Part shown: positions 1-9,571 of the stretch, piece after piece
How the letters are laid out: every line of letters starts with the position of its first letter
Numbering within the stretch: position 1 is the stretch's first letter
Source of the DNA: a virus
Lineage: Duplodnaviria; Caudoviricetes
Length of the DNA stretch: 64,000 nt
IMG/VR virus record: IMGVR_UViG_3300003322_000628
Coordinates: 259-64,258 of that record
Strand: one strand, 5' to 3'
Notes under the pieces: generated by a model
Database searches by the model: none
Told to the model about the DNA's origin: nothing
Seen by the model: the letters and a program-made list of their open reading frames with translations, nothing else
Translations under genes and position numbers: made by a program

Positions 1-38
1 GCAGCCATCGCCGCCCAACAGCGGCAGGGTGGTTCACC

Positions 39-245
39 GTGAGTTGGGAGTGCCCTTATTGCGGATCGACACATGGGTGCCTGCGAATGCCGACGTTCCG
101 AGCATCGCTTCCGAGGATTCCAATCCGCGAACGCACATTCAGCGAATTGGTAGACGGTTGCACGCCGGAAGAAATCGCAGAACTCGAAGCGCATCTTTAC
201 CAGTTTCGGTTGCGAACAAAGCTTGCGAAGGACGCCAAGCCATGA
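39..245 (+). CDS. hypothetical early protein with CPYC knuckle
   Basis: GTG start overlaps the previous stop and its stop overlaps the next ATG; GC-rich. Confidence 0.5.
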   Translation: MSWECPYCGSTHGCLRMPTFRASLPRIPIRERTFSELVDGCTPEEIAELEAHLYQFRLRTKLAKDAKP

Positions 246-496
246 CCAACGAACTCCGCACCAACGACGAACCGCAGCGCATCCTGTTGGAGGCGTCCGA
301 GCGGATCAAGGCGTGCTATCCGAACGGCACGCGCGTTGAAGTGAGATACCCGCGAGGAACAGTGATCGGAACGGTGCGATACATCGGACTCAGGACGCAC
401 GGCACGGATGGTAGGCCGGAGTTGTTCGTAATCGACTCCGACCTTGGAGAGTGGCCCTTCTCCCCTGCTGTCAATCCCCACCGGGTGCTGCCATGA
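242..496 (+). CDS. hypothetical early protein
   Basis: ATG at 242 with ATGA coupling to neighbours. Confidence 0.55.
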   Translation: MTNELRTNDEPQRILLEASERIKACYPNGTRVEVRYPRGTVIGTVRYIGLRTHGTDGRPELFVIDSDLGEWPFSPAVNPHRVLP

Positions 497-858
497 ACAG
501 CAAGAGCACGAACAACGAATCCCCCGCCGCGCTGTTGCCGATGGCGAACGATCCGCCGTTGGTGAAACTCACGGCGATGTTGCAGGCGCTGGAGTTCGAG
601 CCTGCCGCTGTGAACCTCAGTGCGGAAGTTCTAGCAGCCGCGTGCAGGGCTATCGCACGACAGGCGAAGGATACCGTAGCCCTTCGCGCCGAGAACGAGA
701 CGTTGCGGACGGTTGTGGAAAGCAAGTTTCCACTGACGGACGAGGACGTAAAACAAATCATGGATGAATTTGTTAAGCATATAAACACAACGCGTGTGAG
801 ACGCACGCTGCGACGCGGCGCAAAAATTGCGCTGCAATCCTTCATCCGCAGCAAGTAG
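493..858 (+). CDS. hypothetical early protein
   Basis: ATG at 493 overlaps the upstream TGA; part of ORF 451..858. Confidence 0.55.
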   Translation: MNSKSTNNESPAALLPMANDPPLVKLTAMLQALEFEPAAVNLSAEVLAAACRAIARQAKDTVALRAENETLRTVVESKFPLTDEDVKQIMDEFVKHINTTRVRRTLRRGAKIALQSFIRSK

Positions 859-861
859 GCT

Positions 862-875
862 TTGCTAACTAGCAA
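862..875. repeat. palindrome TTGCTA-AC-TAGCAA abutting RBS
   Basis: TTTGCTAACTAGCAAA then GGAG, ATG at 887. Confidence 0.9.
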
Positions 876-886
876 AGGAGATAAAA

Positions 887-1237
887 ATGAATAAGTGTGA
901 CTTGGAAGAAATGAGGCAAGTTGCCATTGAAGCTTTTTTGAAGGAAGCAGAAAAGCCGTGGAAGAGAGATGGAAGCAGGTTTGTACGCGGTCGCATGCAG
1001 CTCACTGTGCACAAGCACGAGCGCGCCTATCTTGATGTTGGGCGCGAGTACATAGGCCCCCTTACAGGGGCAGCTCTAAAGGCAGCGCTAGCACTCTGCG
1101 CCAAAGTTGAGCAAGAGTACAGAGAAAGAGAGCTTCGCAAACGTTGCGAGGATTTGCAAACAGCCCTGTTCGGAAACGCGTTTACGCGTGCGTGGAGACG
1201 CGTAAAACACTGGCTTTGGTGCATCGTTACGGAGTAA
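887..1237 (+). CDS. hypothetical protein
   Basis: AAGGAG RBS, 116 aa. Confidence 0.7.
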   Translation: MNKCDLEEMRQVAIEAFLKEAEKPWKRDGSRFVRGRMQLTVHKHERAYLDVGREYIGPLTGAALKAALALCAKVEQEYRERELRKRCEDLQTALFGNAFTRAWRRVKHWLWCIVTE

Positions 1238-1488
1238 TGCCCATGTACTTCATGATGAAGCCCGTTTTCTGTCCTCTCACGCATCGCTATTGCGGAATGC
1301 AGCGCACTGGCAAGCCCATTAAGGACGGAAGCGTCGTGGCTAAGCTTCTTAAGAGGCTTGCAAAGAAATTCTCAGGGCCTCAAGTGCCTTACGCTGTTGA
1401 TGAGCATAACGTAATTGTGGCCTATCCCCCAACGCCGTCTATTCCGGATGGCTTTTTTGCTAAGGAGCAAACGTATGAAGCAGCGTAA
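1237..1488 (+). CDS. hypothetical protein
   Basis: TAATG coupling at 1237. Confidence 0.5.
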   Translation: MPMYFMMKPVFCPLTHRYCGMQRTGKPIKDGSVVAKLLKRLAKKFSGPQVPYAVDEHNVIVAYPPTPSIPDGFFAKEQTYEAA

Positions 1489-1825
1489 AACGGGTGTGCC
1501 GTACAAGAGTACGAAGGAAGGCGTGGAAGAGCACTATTTCCACATCCGCGTTCCTGTGGAAGTGGATGGTGAAGTTGTTTCGCACAAAAGCGTCGGCACG
1601 GTGTTCATGCGGCGAGAGCATCCAGATGCTCCTATGTTCGCTTCCGTTGCCCGCGTGTCCAAGGGCGATAATTTCAGTAGGTCACAGGGCCGCTCCATCG
1701 CTCGCCGCAAGTGGTTTGACGGAATCGAAGCCGAGGACATTGAAAGCGAAGCGCGCATTGCCGCCGTCTTAACACCTACATTCGAGGAAGCAGAGCGCAT
1801 CTTCCATGACAGGAGTGTCAAGTGA
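1475..1825 (+). CDS. conserved phage hypothetical protein
   Basis: AAGGAG RBS inside a degenerate palindrome copy (1457-1470); AxxSxxDNFSRxxGRxIA motif. Confidence 0.65.
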   Translation: MKQRKTGVPYKSTKEGVEEHYFHIRVPVEVDGEVVSHKSVGTVFMRREHPDAPMFASVARVSKGDNFSRSQGRSIARRKWFDGIEAEDIESEARIAAVLTPTFEEAERIFHDRSVK

Positions 1826-2211
1826 TGAACGAACAACTACAAAACACCGTGAATGAAATCCTGCAAAAAGCCATTGCAGGCGCTACGCAGGCCGGGGAGT
1901 TTCTGAAGGATCAGATTCCTGACGTTGTTCAACAGCTTTTGACGTGGAAGCTGACCGAAAGTGCTGTCGAAGGAGTGGGCTGTGTTGTTGGCGTTGTGGC
2001 GCTGGGCATTGCTTACAAAAAGTTTTGCAAATTGATTGCACGCATGGACACTGACTATTTTGCGAGGAGCCTAGCCGGCGCCTTCAGCGGTGGAGGCGTA
2101 GTCGTTTTGTCTGTTGCATCCCTTTCAAATCTACTCGAAGTTCTCAAGATTTGGCTCGCTCCGAAGGTGTGGCTGCTTGAATACGCTGCCAGCCTTGTGA
2201 AGGGCCACTAA
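1822..2211 (+). CDS. membrane protein
   Basis: two hydrophobic segments; C-terminal IWLAPKVWLLEYAASL. Confidence 0.7.
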   Translation: MMNEQLQNTVNEILQKAIAGATQAGEFLKDQIPDVVQQLLTWKLTESAVEGVGCVVGVVALGIAYKKFCKLIARMDTDYFARSLAGAFSGGGVVVLSVASLSNLLEVLKIWLAPKVWLLEYAASLVKGH

Positions 2212-2212
2212 C

Positions 2213-2587
2213 ATGGCCACTGCAAGCCGAGAGCAAATCGAGCAAGTTGCCCGAGAACTGGCCGCCTGCCAGCGCTATACCGACCAGTATGTTGCTGCTG
2301 GTGCGACCGTGGAACAGCAGCAGTATTATGCTACATGTACGCTAAAGCTCCATCCAATTCCATACAACGGTAGAACAGACGCGGAAATAAGGCATGATGT
2401 GCAGGCGTTTCTGCTGATTGGACTTGTAGGAGCGGCCTTAGGGGCCTTTATCGACAGGGAATTCTTCAAAGAGAAGTATTGGGGCCTTAATATGCTCGCT
2501 GCAGCCCTTGGCTTTTTCTTGTTTCCCCTGAGCTTAGCCCTTATCGCACTATTGTGCTACTTTATCAAGTGGGTTGTGGTTGGCTAA
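2213..2587 (+). CDS. membrane protein
   Basis: two C-terminal hydrophobic helices. Confidence 0.6.
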   Translation: MATASREQIEQVARELAACQRYTDQYVAAGATVEQQQYYATCTLKLHPIPYNGRTDAEIRHDVQAFLLIGLVGAALGAFIDREFFKEKYWGLNMLAAALGFFLFPLSLALIALLCYFIKWVVVG

Positions 2588-2596
2588 GGAGTAGAC

Positions 2597-3244
2597 ATGT
2601 ACGGCAAACTTCCTGACGTTTTGGGCCGCTATCACGTCGATGTGCGTGAAGTGATGTACTATCTCTACCTGCCTATCTCCTTGGCGGGCTCCAATCAAAT
2701 TGCGCTGCCTCCACAGCTCCTGCCTTTCTCGGAGCTTGTTGGCGCGTGTCGTATTGATGAGCCGGAACGCTTCCGTGATGAGAACGTGTATGTCACGATT
2801 AAGCGTATGTTTGTTGGCGGCGGTGTTACGCCCAATCGTCCGGGCTGGCACGCTGACGGCTTCCTCACCAGCGATTTGAATTACGTTTGGTACGACTGCG
2901 TACCGACGGTGTTCAACAACAGCAAATTCGTGATTGCTCCCGACCATATCGAGAGCTTGCGGCAGTTTGCTGAGCAGGCGTTGCCGGAGAACAACGTCGT
3001 CTATCCAAACGAGACGTTGCTTAAGCTGGACAGTCATGTCGTACACGCTGTGGGCGAAGCCGTTGAACAGCAGATGCGCACGTTCTTCAAGCTGAGCATT
3101 TCTCCGGACAAGTACAACCTCAAGGACAACTCACACAACTATCTGCTTGATTATCATTGGCAGATGTTCGATCGGGCTAAGGTGAGGAACAGCCCCCAGC
3201 ACGCGCAGAAAGACAGCGCTCCAGAGGACGACCACTTCAAGTAA
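2597..3244 (+). CDS. putative 2OG-Fe(II) dioxygenase-like protein
   Basis: PGWHADG (HxD), distal H (VVHAV) and RTF; AAGGAG RBS. Confidence 0.65.
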   Translation: MYGKLPDVLGRYHVDVREVMYYLYLPISLAGSNQIALPPQLLPFSELVGACRIDEPERFRDENVYVTIKRMFVGGGVTPNRPGWHADGFLTSDLNYVWYDCVPTVFNNSKFVIAPDHIESLRQFAEQALPENNVVYPNETLLKLDSHVVHAVGEAVEQQMRTFFKLSISPDKYNLKDNSHNYLLDYHWQMFDRAKVRNSPQHAQKDSAPEDDHFK

Positions 3245-3250
3245 TACCAC

Positions 3251-3327
3251 GCGCCCGTAGCTCAGCTGGATAGAGCACGAGCCTTCTAAGCTTGTGGTCG
3301 GGGGTTCGAGTCCCTCCGGGCGTGCCA
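3251..3327 (+). tRNA. tRNA-Arg(UCU)
   Basis: cloverleaf; loop CTTCTAA; GTTCGAGTCC; encoded CCA. Confidence 0.95.
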
Positions 3328-3331
3328 ATTT

Positions 3332-3345
3332 TTGCTAACTAGCAA
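3332..3345. repeat. palindrome TTGCTA-AC-TAGCAA between tRNAs
   Basis: perfect copy in the tRNA spacer. Confidence 0.9.
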
Positions 3346-3352
3346 CGAACAA

Positions 3353-3428
3353 GGGCGTGTAGCTCAAAGGTTAGAGCAGGCGACTCATAATCGCTTGGTT
3401 GCAGGTTCGACCCCTGCCGCGCCCACCA
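3353..3428 (+). tRNA. tRNA-Ile2(CAU), lysidine-type (less likely elongator Met)
   Basis: anticodon arm GGCGA-CTCATAA-TCGCT as in bacterial ileX; G1-C72 paired so not initiator; CCA end. Confidence 0.9.
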
Positions 3429-3446
3429 TGTTCAGGAGAACAGAAA

Positions 3447-3833
3447 ATGAAGTTTAAATTTGACGCGAATGGCCTAATAGAAGGCAAATACACTTTTGCT
3501 ATGCCTAAGGCGGCGCTCGCCAAATGGCTTAACGGACTTCGCAACAAAGGCTACAAGCAGGGCAGAGGTATGTTAGGGTGTGATAGCACTGGGTATTGCT
3601 GTCTGGGAGTTCTTGAAAAAGAACTAGATGGTTTTGTACGGTGCCCAGACGCCTCAAGATCGTCCCAAGACTTTTTTGAAAGACACGGCATCGAGACGGG
3701 CCCATATGAGAAGTGCAACCCCATGCTTGTGTTTGGCACGACAAGGTTCTCAGCTATTGCAGCTAATGACGCTAAAAATAAGAATTTTGCGCAGATTGCG
3801 GATGCGATCGAGCGCAGTTGCAAAGCCTACTGA
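3447..3833 (+). CDS. conserved phage hypothetical protein (CCLGV family)
   Basis: AGGAG RBS; WLxGLRxxGYKQGRGxL...CCLGV...ND..NFAQIADAIE. Confidence 0.7.
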   Translation: MKFKFDANGLIEGKYTFAMPKAALAKWLNGLRNKGYKQGRGMLGCDSTGYCCLGVLEKELDGFVRCPDASRSSQDFFERHGIETGPYEKCNPMLVFGTTRFSAIAANDAKNKNFAQIADAIERSCKAY

Positions 3834-3849
3834 TAGGAGAATAGCATGA

Positions 3850-4086
3850 ATGAATAGCTATCTGGATTACAGCAACGCGAGTGGCTTCGCTGTTGGGGAT
3901 AGGGTAAGGATTACTCGCATAGCGAGCAGCTACGAAGGTGGTTGGGCTGCTCCTTGGGGGCAGGCTATGGACGCGATGGTAGAGGACACTGTTTACACTA
4001 TCGACAGGGCGGATTCTGGGCAAGGCTTCCGAATGCAGGGTAGTAGGTATACGTTCCCTTTCTTTGTGCTTGAACATGCGGACTAA
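3850..4086 (+). CDS. hypothetical SH3/KOW-like protein
   Basis: FAVGDRVRI motif; AGGAG upstream. Confidence 0.55.
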   Translation: MNSYLDYSNASGFAVGDRVRITRIASSYEGGWAAPWGQAMDAMVEDTVYTIDRADSGQGFRMQGSRYTFPFFVLEHAD

Positions 4087-4384
4087 ACAGCGCATCGAAG
4101 CATTCGCGTATGACAAGCGCGGACGTTTGCTTGCCATAGGACACAATTCCTACACCAAAACACATCCCCTGCAGAAGCGTTATGCTGCAAAAACAGGCAA
4201 GCCGGACAGGATTTTTCTGCATGCCGAAACTGTAGCGCTACTGAAGGCTAGTAAGCGCGGTAAGGTGTACAGGCTTGTGGTTAAGCGCTACGGTAAGAAA
4301 GGGCAGGAATTGTTGGCAGCACCTTGCGAATGCTGCAGAGAAGCTATACAGCAGTTTGACGTGAAAGTGGTACAGCACACTTAG
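4076..4384 (+). CDS. cytidine/dCMP deaminase-like Zn protein
   Basis: HAE and PCECC motifs; N-terminal GHN. Confidence 0.8.
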   Translation: MRTKQRIEAFAYDKRGRLLAIGHNSYTKTHPLQKRYAAKTGKPDRIFLHAETVALLKASKRGKVYRLVVKRYGKKGQELLAAPCECCREAIQQFDVKVVQHT

Positions 4385-4401
4385 ACCTATGAGGTTTGAA
4401 C

Positions 4402-4713
4402 ATGAAAACAACGGCTGAAAAGATTGCTGTAATGCAGGCATATGAAGATGGCAAGACGATTCAGGTCAGCATGCGTGGGTTCGCATCGGGCGTAACGCCG
4501 TGTGAATTGTCGAAAAAGTCTGTAAAAAACCCTCTTTGGGACTGGGAGACTTACGACTACAACATCAAGAAAGAGCCGCGTACGTTCTACGTAAACGAAT
4601 ACAAAGACGGAAGCTTTGGTGCGGCACACTCATCTGCTGACCGGGCCGCTATTATTCTAGCTAACACATACTGTGGCGGCAGAACAATCAAGGTTGTGGA
4701 AGTATTGGACTAG
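4402..4713 (+). CDS. phage hypothetical protein (GKxIQ/YxIKxEPR family)
   Basis: similar to 7377..7661. Confidence 0.65.
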   Translation: MKTTAEKIAVMQAYEDGKTIQVSMRGFASGVTPCELSKKSVKNPLWDWETYDYNIKKEPRTFYVNEYKDGSFGAAHSSADRAAIILANTYCGGRTIKVVEVLD

Positions 4714-5029
4714 CCATGCTAGAGCAAGACGTGGCTGCGTTTGCCAAAGCTGTGCTTTGCGGGGCCAATCCCGAAGATTGCAAGCCTATTCTCGAAGGCT
4801 ACGACTTTAAATCCAAGCAAGGCGCATATACGTGCGCCGAATGCAGGGCTCGCATTTCCATGCCCATGAGGGAGACAGGCTGACATGACGTACAAGCAGG
4901 CGCGAGCGCGGCAGAAGCTGCATAAGCTGTACGACAGCAAAAACAAGCAGGAGGAAGAGCCCGCCTATTTTCCTGTTGTTGTGTGGACGTTGTTGTTCAG
5001 CTCCATCATGTTCTTCGTATTCATCTGCA

Positions 5030-5043
5030 TTGCTAAGTAGCAA
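5030..5043. repeat. palindrome TTGCTA-AG-TAGCAA abutting RBS
   Basis: followed by AGGAG and ATG 5054. Confidence 0.9.
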
Positions 5044-5053
5044 AGGAGAAAGC

Positions 5054-5329
5054 ATGAAAGCTCTTACGTTTGGCGAAATCCCCGTCGGCACCACGTTCCG
5101 CGCCCTGCGCAATGATGTAATTGGTCGCGGCCCTGAGGCGCGCATCGTAAACAACAATGGCATCTACACGAAAGTTGGCTCTCAGGTGGCTGTGGACGTG
5201 AGTCACGGCAACAAGGAGTGTATTTTCTTGTTGGGCATGCCTGTGCGCGAAATCAAGACGGTTATGCATATCGATTACAAATCTCTCGAAGCTTACAAAG
5301 TGAGCCAGAAGGGGAGGGTTGCTGCGTGA
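5054..5329 (+). CDS. hypothetical protein
   Basis: AAGGAG RBS; LTFGEIPVGTTF start. Confidence 0.65.
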   Translation: MKALTFGEIPVGTTFRALRNDVIGRGPEARIVNNNGIYTKVGSQVAVDVSHGNKECIFLLGMPVREIKTVMHIDYKSLEAYKVSQKGRVAA

Positions 5330-5748
5330 GAATTGGGTCTCTTGTAAAAATCGGAGAGGCAGAGCATTTTATCTCTGTTGATCTTGGTTTGTGGTCGTGC
5401 TACTGCGGAGGCGTAATTGTAAACTCCCAAGCAAAGTTTCCTAGCAGTCCAAGCTACGCTCATGTGTTTGAGACTTATGGGATTAAAGATCGCACCGTCC
5501 GTACGGCTGAGGAGTTTGGAAAGTGGCTTGTCGAACAGGCAGCAGAAAAATCCTTGTGTGCAATAGCCATGCCCTCGCATTGGGAAATTTCCCAATGCCT
5601 ACTAAAAGCTCCCTCTGCGTGGGAAAGCGAGGGCTACAAGTACACGGCATACAGACACGGCCCATTCCGTAATTTGAATTACGACCATTCCGGACAGACG
5701 GGAACTCAGATGATTGCAATGATGGTGGTGAAGGAGAAAATTCCGTGA
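5326..5748 (+). CDS. hypothetical protein, CCG/NxxS family paralogue 1
   Basis: GTG start coupled to the upstream TGA; CYCGG and FRNLNY motifs. Confidence 0.6.
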   Translation: MRIGSLVKIGEAEHFISVDLGLWSCYCGGVIVNSQAKFPSSPSYAHVFETYGIKDRTVRTAEEFGKWLVEQAAEKSLCAIAMPSHWEISQCLLKAPSAWESEGYKYTAYRHGPFRNLNYDHSGQTGTQMIAMMVVKEKIP

Positions 5749-6173
5749 GGGTTGTGGCTAATGATTCTCAGGGCACCAAGTATGCGTGGGAGTTTTACGT
5801 CTACGGAGTAGAAGGCTTTTGTGGTGGGAACGTACTGTGCATGCTGCGATGTTTTGTGCTAACGAAGCGCGATCGCCCAGAAAGTAGTGGAGACGTGAAT
5901 TTGCTAGAAGCAATTCTAGACAGCTACACGAGCGGAATGCAGCTCCAGATTAATGACAACGAAGGGGGTATGTGGTGGACCCATCTATTCCCTCTGGTTC
6001 CTAAGGAAGGGGAACTGCGCCGTAACGAGTGCACCTACTATTTTGTGTTTTCAGCCGAAACTCGCAATCCAAATTCAGGAAATGTCTGTAAGACATTGAT
6101 TATTTCCTGCGAGCCCGATAATTTCGTCGATCCTGAAGATGACGACGAATATTACGACGACGAGGACTATTGA
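5745..6173 (+). CDS. hypothetical protein, CCG/NxxS family paralogue 2
   Basis: GFCGG and RNPNSGNVC; acidic tail. Confidence 0.65.
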   Translation: MRVVANDSQGTKYAWEFYVYGVEGFCGGNVLCMLRCFVLTKRDRPESSGDVNLLEAILDSYTSGMQLQINDNEGGMWWTHLFPLVPKEGELRRNECTYYFVFSAETRNPNSGNVCKTLIISCEPDNFVDPEDDDEYYDDEDY

Positions 6174-6580
6174 TGTTCTACTGGAAGGAAGGCAAACGAT
6201 GGAAAAGCTTTGACTTCAGTTGTCTCGGCAGCATTCCTTCTTGCTGCGGAATTGAAGATGTTGGTGAATTTTATGCTCAAACGTGGAGCACGGAAAAGAA
6301 AGCCGTGGGCGACGACTGGATCGACCGAGAAAAAATTACTAAGAGAGCCCTATTCAAAGAGCTTGTAAAGGAATGCTTGCGTAGGGGCTCTATCATCATG
6401 GCAGATAGGAAAGGCGGGGATGCGGATAGAGTTTTATTTCCTCTCGCGCCTAAGAGAGCTTTCTTTCTTACGGATGCCGGAGTAAAGTGGAAATGCAAAG
6501 CTCATTTGTCCGACTACTACCACAATAGCAACAGTGGCGCTCGCATCCGGCATTGCATTGTGACGATGGAGAAAGCATGA
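6170..6580 (+). CDS. hypothetical protein, CCG/NxxS family paralogue 3
   Basis: PSCCGI and HNSNSGARI. Confidence 0.65.
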   Translation: MMFYWKEGKRWKSFDFSCLGSIPSCCGIEDVGEFYAQTWSTEKKAVGDDWIDREKITKRALFKELVKECLRRGSIIMADRKGGDADRVLFPLAPKRAFFLTDAGVKWKCKAHLSDYYHNSNSGARIRHCIVTMEKA

Positions 6581-7380
6581 GAGTTACAATCGTAACGAAC
6601 GGCCCTAGCAATAGCGCTCGCAATCTGCAGGCGGCCTTGCGCTTGCGAGGAGGGGAAGCTTCACGTGCACGGCCAACGTCGCGCCTGTCTTGCCGCGGCA
6701 CTCGATATGTAATAAACCTCGGAGTATCGGCCGCGCTAGGTTTTCAGCAGAGGCGTTTGCTAGTTAGCAACTCACAAGAGGGAGTACGCAACTGCCAAGA
6801 TAAGCGCCTTACGTTCGATGCTCTTCGTAGAGCCAGCGTATCTTCGCTGGAGTGGGGGGAAACGCAAGAAGGGGCTGTTGCGACGTGGCTAGAGCGCGAC
6901 GGTAAAGTTGTTGTGCGTCACACAGCGACAGGCCACAGCGGAGCAGGAATTCAAATCGTGCGTAAAGGAGAGCAGATTCCAGTTGCGCCTTTATATACGC
7001 GCTACTTCAAGAAGCAGGCGGAATACCGCGTGCATGTAGCGTTTGGTAATGTTATTCTTATCCAGCAAAAGAGGAAGCGAAATGGTGTTGAGCAAGAAAA
7101 TGAACAATCTTTGGTACGCACTCATGCAAATGGATGGGTGTTCTCTACACAGGCTCTCTCTTGTAACGAGCGTGGCTATCGTGACAATCTCTGTGCTCTT
7201 GGTATTGCCGCTGCTAATGCGATAAGGGCTGCACATTGCGCTGTAGATATTCTCGTAAGCCACGAGAACGGAAACAACATGGTGGTGTGCGAAATCAATT
7301 CCGCACCAGCGCTGGAAGCCAATAGCACGCTAGCTGCATACACAGATGCATTCATTAACGAAATGAGGAAATACGCGTGA
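6577..7380 (+). CDS. ATP-grasp ligase (phiEco32/LUZ24-type)
   Basis: DKRLTF, GHSGAGI loop, EYRVHV, AVDIL...VCEINSAPAL. Confidence 0.9.
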   Translation: MRVTIVTNGPSNSARNLQAALRLRGGEASRARPTSRLSCRGTRYVINLGVSAALGFQQRRLLVSNSQEGVRNCQDKRLTFDALRRASVSSLEWGETQEGAVATWLERDGKVVVRHTATGHSGAGIQIVRKGEQIPVAPLYTRYFKKQAEYRVHVAFGNVILIQQKRKRNGVEQENEQSLVRTHANGWVFSTQALSCNERGYRDNLCALGIAAANAIRAAHCAVDILVSHENGNNMVVCEINSAPALEANSTLAAYTDAFINEMRKYA

Positions 7381-7661
7381 ACAAAGACAATGCCCATCTC
7401 TATCTGCCTCTCGTGAAGGCTCTCGCTGAAGGTAAGGTTATTCAATACCAGACAAGCATTGGGACATGGCTAGATGTTACAGATGTATCTTTCGGGGTGG
7501 GTCATTATCATTATAGAGTCAAACCAGAGCCTCGCGTTCGATGGGCTGTATACGATGAGAACGGGGAATTCCGCGTAGGTTCGCACGATAAGAAGTTGAT
7601 CGAAGGTATGCAACGGCCTAAGGACACTATGGCGAAGTTTGTAGAAGAACTGGAGGGCTGA
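7377..7661 (+). CDS. phage hypothetical protein (GKxIQ/YRVKPEPR family)
   Basis: similar to 4402..4713. Confidence 0.65.
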   Translation: MNKDNAHLYLPLVKALAEGKVIQYQTSIGTWLDVTDVSFGVGHYHYRVKPEPRVRWAVYDENGEFRVGSHDKKLIEGMQRPKDTMAKFVEELEG

Positions 7662-8104
7662 TGGAGCCCCTGATTGTTGTATTCCAGTACACAGCCAATG
7701 GCGTTAAGGTTGCGGAATGGGCGTGGCTTAAGAAAAAGAAAGATGCTATTCCTGTAGCTAGAAGTAAGAGGCCAGAAGGCTCTGCACTGCAGGCTGTGTG
7801 GACATGCGCGTGGCGCAGTGCTCCTTCGCATTACGAGCTGGCGTACGGCTATGTTACTGAGGAAAATCAGCGAGGACCCTTCAAGGACATTGCGGCTAGC
7901 ATCCGAGACAAACATCTGCGCAAGCCCAAGGACAACAAATGGACTAGAGCTGCTAAGAAAATCCTAGCCGATGCAATAGCTCCCGCTTCAACGCAGCTGG
8001 TTATTCCTCGGGAGCCGCCTAAGGAAGCTCCCAAGCCAAAACCCAAAGCCAAGCTTTGGAATCCCTATTACATTTACGAGGCCCAGAAACGTGCAGCTCA
8101 TTAA
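7661..8104 (+). CDS. hypothetical protein
   Basis: coupled ORF, GGAGG RBS. Confidence 0.6.
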   Translation: MEPLIVVFQYTANGVKVAEWAWLKKKKDAIPVARSKRPEGSALQAVWTCAWRSAPSHYELAYGYVTEENQRGPFKDIAASIRDKHLRKPKDNKWTRAAKKILADAIAPASTQLVIPREPPKEAPKPKPKAKLWNPYYIYEAQKRAAH

Positions 8105-8954
8105 GGTTGGTGCTGATCCGGAAGTTGGCATCTACAATACCGCCAAAGGCATTGTCGTCCCGGGATGCGGTAAGATTCCCGGCACCAAAGCCAAGCCACA
8201 CCCCGTTCCAAACTCAAAGATCGGTCTCAAGATTCAGGAGGACGGAGTTAGTTTGGAGTACAACTTCGATCCTGTTCCAGTGAAGGACTTCTATCGGCGC
8301 GCCTTGGACGCTGCAGCTGGCGTGCGGAAAATGGTTAGTGCGCTATTCGGCCCAGACTATGACTGGTGGATTGGTGATGGCCACACGTTCGACATGAAGC
8401 AGCTGCTTCCACATCCGCAAGCTATGTGCTTCGGGTGCGACCCAGACTATCTCGCGCATCGCCGAGGGGAAATGAGGATGCCTCTGGACGCTAACGATTT
8501 GGGAGGCAATCGCTTCTTCGCGGGCCACATCCACATCGGATACGACAGGAAGTCGTGCCTCGTTCCGGACTGGGCGATTGTGCAGGGCATGGAAGCTCTG
8601 GCGTACACGCATCTGGCCTGCCTTGGATATGACGACCAGCCTAACAGGCGCAAGTATTACGGCATTCCGGGCCTGTTCCGGCCCAAGAGCTATGGCTTGG
8701 AATACCGGACACCCTCCAACTTCTGGGTGCATCAGCCACAGCATGTGTCTACGCTGATTTCCACGGCAGAGCACATCATCAACAAGCCTGCAAAGTTTCA
8801 GGAAATCTACCGACGCATCAACTTCGATGATGTGGTGGGGTATATCAACGATCCGCGCAAGCGAGGTACGGAAGTGTTTGTTGACAGCATGGGCGATTTG
8901 CGAGACGAGCTTTTTGCGGCTCCTGAGGAGAACATCGATGGTGAGGAAAAGTAA
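8091..8954 (+). CDS. phiEco32-like COOH-NH2 ligase type 2
   Basis: VGADPE, EDGVSLEYN, FGCDPDY, GHIHIGY, RRKYYG.PG.FRPKSYGLEYRTPSNFW. Confidence 0.9.
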   Translation: MQLIKVGADPEVGIYNTAKGIVVPGCGKIPGTKAKPHPVPNSKIGLKIQEDGVSLEYNFDPVPVKDFYRRALDAAAGVRKMVSALFGPDYDWWIGDGHTFDMKQLLPHPQAMCFGCDPDYLAHRRGEMRMPLDANDLGGNRFFAGHIHIGYDRKSCLVPDWAIVQGMEALAYTHLACLGYDDQPNRRKYYGIPGLFRPKSYGLEYRTPSNFWVHQPQHVSTLISTAEHIINKPAKFQEIYRRINFDDVVGYINDPRKRGTEVFVDSMGDLRDELFAAPEENIDGEEK

Positions 8955-9571
8955 TGCACCACTACAGTAGGGATGATTTTATTTCGTACTATGGAGGCAG
9001 CTTCCTGCTCAGTCCATCCACCAATAAGGTGGTAAGAGTTTTGCAGGGCGATCCAGCCAGAGAGTCCCACGTCATTCTGACGGATAAGAGCAGCGTCCAT
9101 CTGCGAGACTTGGACTGGAAGCATGTCAAGACTCCGCAGCTCGGCTTTCGTACGCTGGAGAATGGACGCCTGCTCTACTACGTACAGAGGCGTGCGGTGC
9201 GCGAGCGCCAGAAGGGCGTAACCCCTGTGGCCATTGTCATTGACATTCCGGGCATCATGACTTCTATTGCTCAGGAGCTTGGCTATTCTCAGGACGTTGC
9301 TCGTCTAGCCCAGCTCAATGACAAGCTGGCAGAGGCTATTTTCCATCCCGAGTTTGTGTCGATGGAAGATGCGCTGGAATTGCTAGCTAGCAAACGACAT
9401 GCTGTAGCATTCGCGCTGTCTCCTGATTGGGCAATCACGCTCGGCCTGCATTCGGACAAGCGCTATCTGCTGCATTACAAGAATCGTCGAGCAGGTCATT
9501 CCGTCGATGGGAAGAAGTGGGCATTCAATGACAGCGATGTAGAATACATCTTCAATAGGAGCAAGCTATGA
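8954..9571 (+). CDS. hypothetical protein in the amidoligase cluster
   Basis: 205 aa, translationally coupled on both sides. Confidence 0.75.
   Translation: MHHYSRDDFISYYGGSFLLSPSTNKVVRVLQGDPARESHVILTDKSSVHLRDLDWKHVKTPQLGFRTLENGRLLYYVQRRAVRERQKGVTPVAIVIDIPGIMTSIAQELGYSQDVARLAQLNDKLAEAIFHPEFVSMEDALELLASKRHAVAFALSPDWAITLGLHSDKRYLLHYKNRRAGHSVDGKKWAFNDSDVEYIFNRSKL

Noticed and set aside
3353-3428. CAU tRNA as a special initiator explaining the ATC/ATT starts
   Set aside because: G1-C72 is paired, it lacks three consecutive G-C anticodon-stem pairs, and it matches Ile2.
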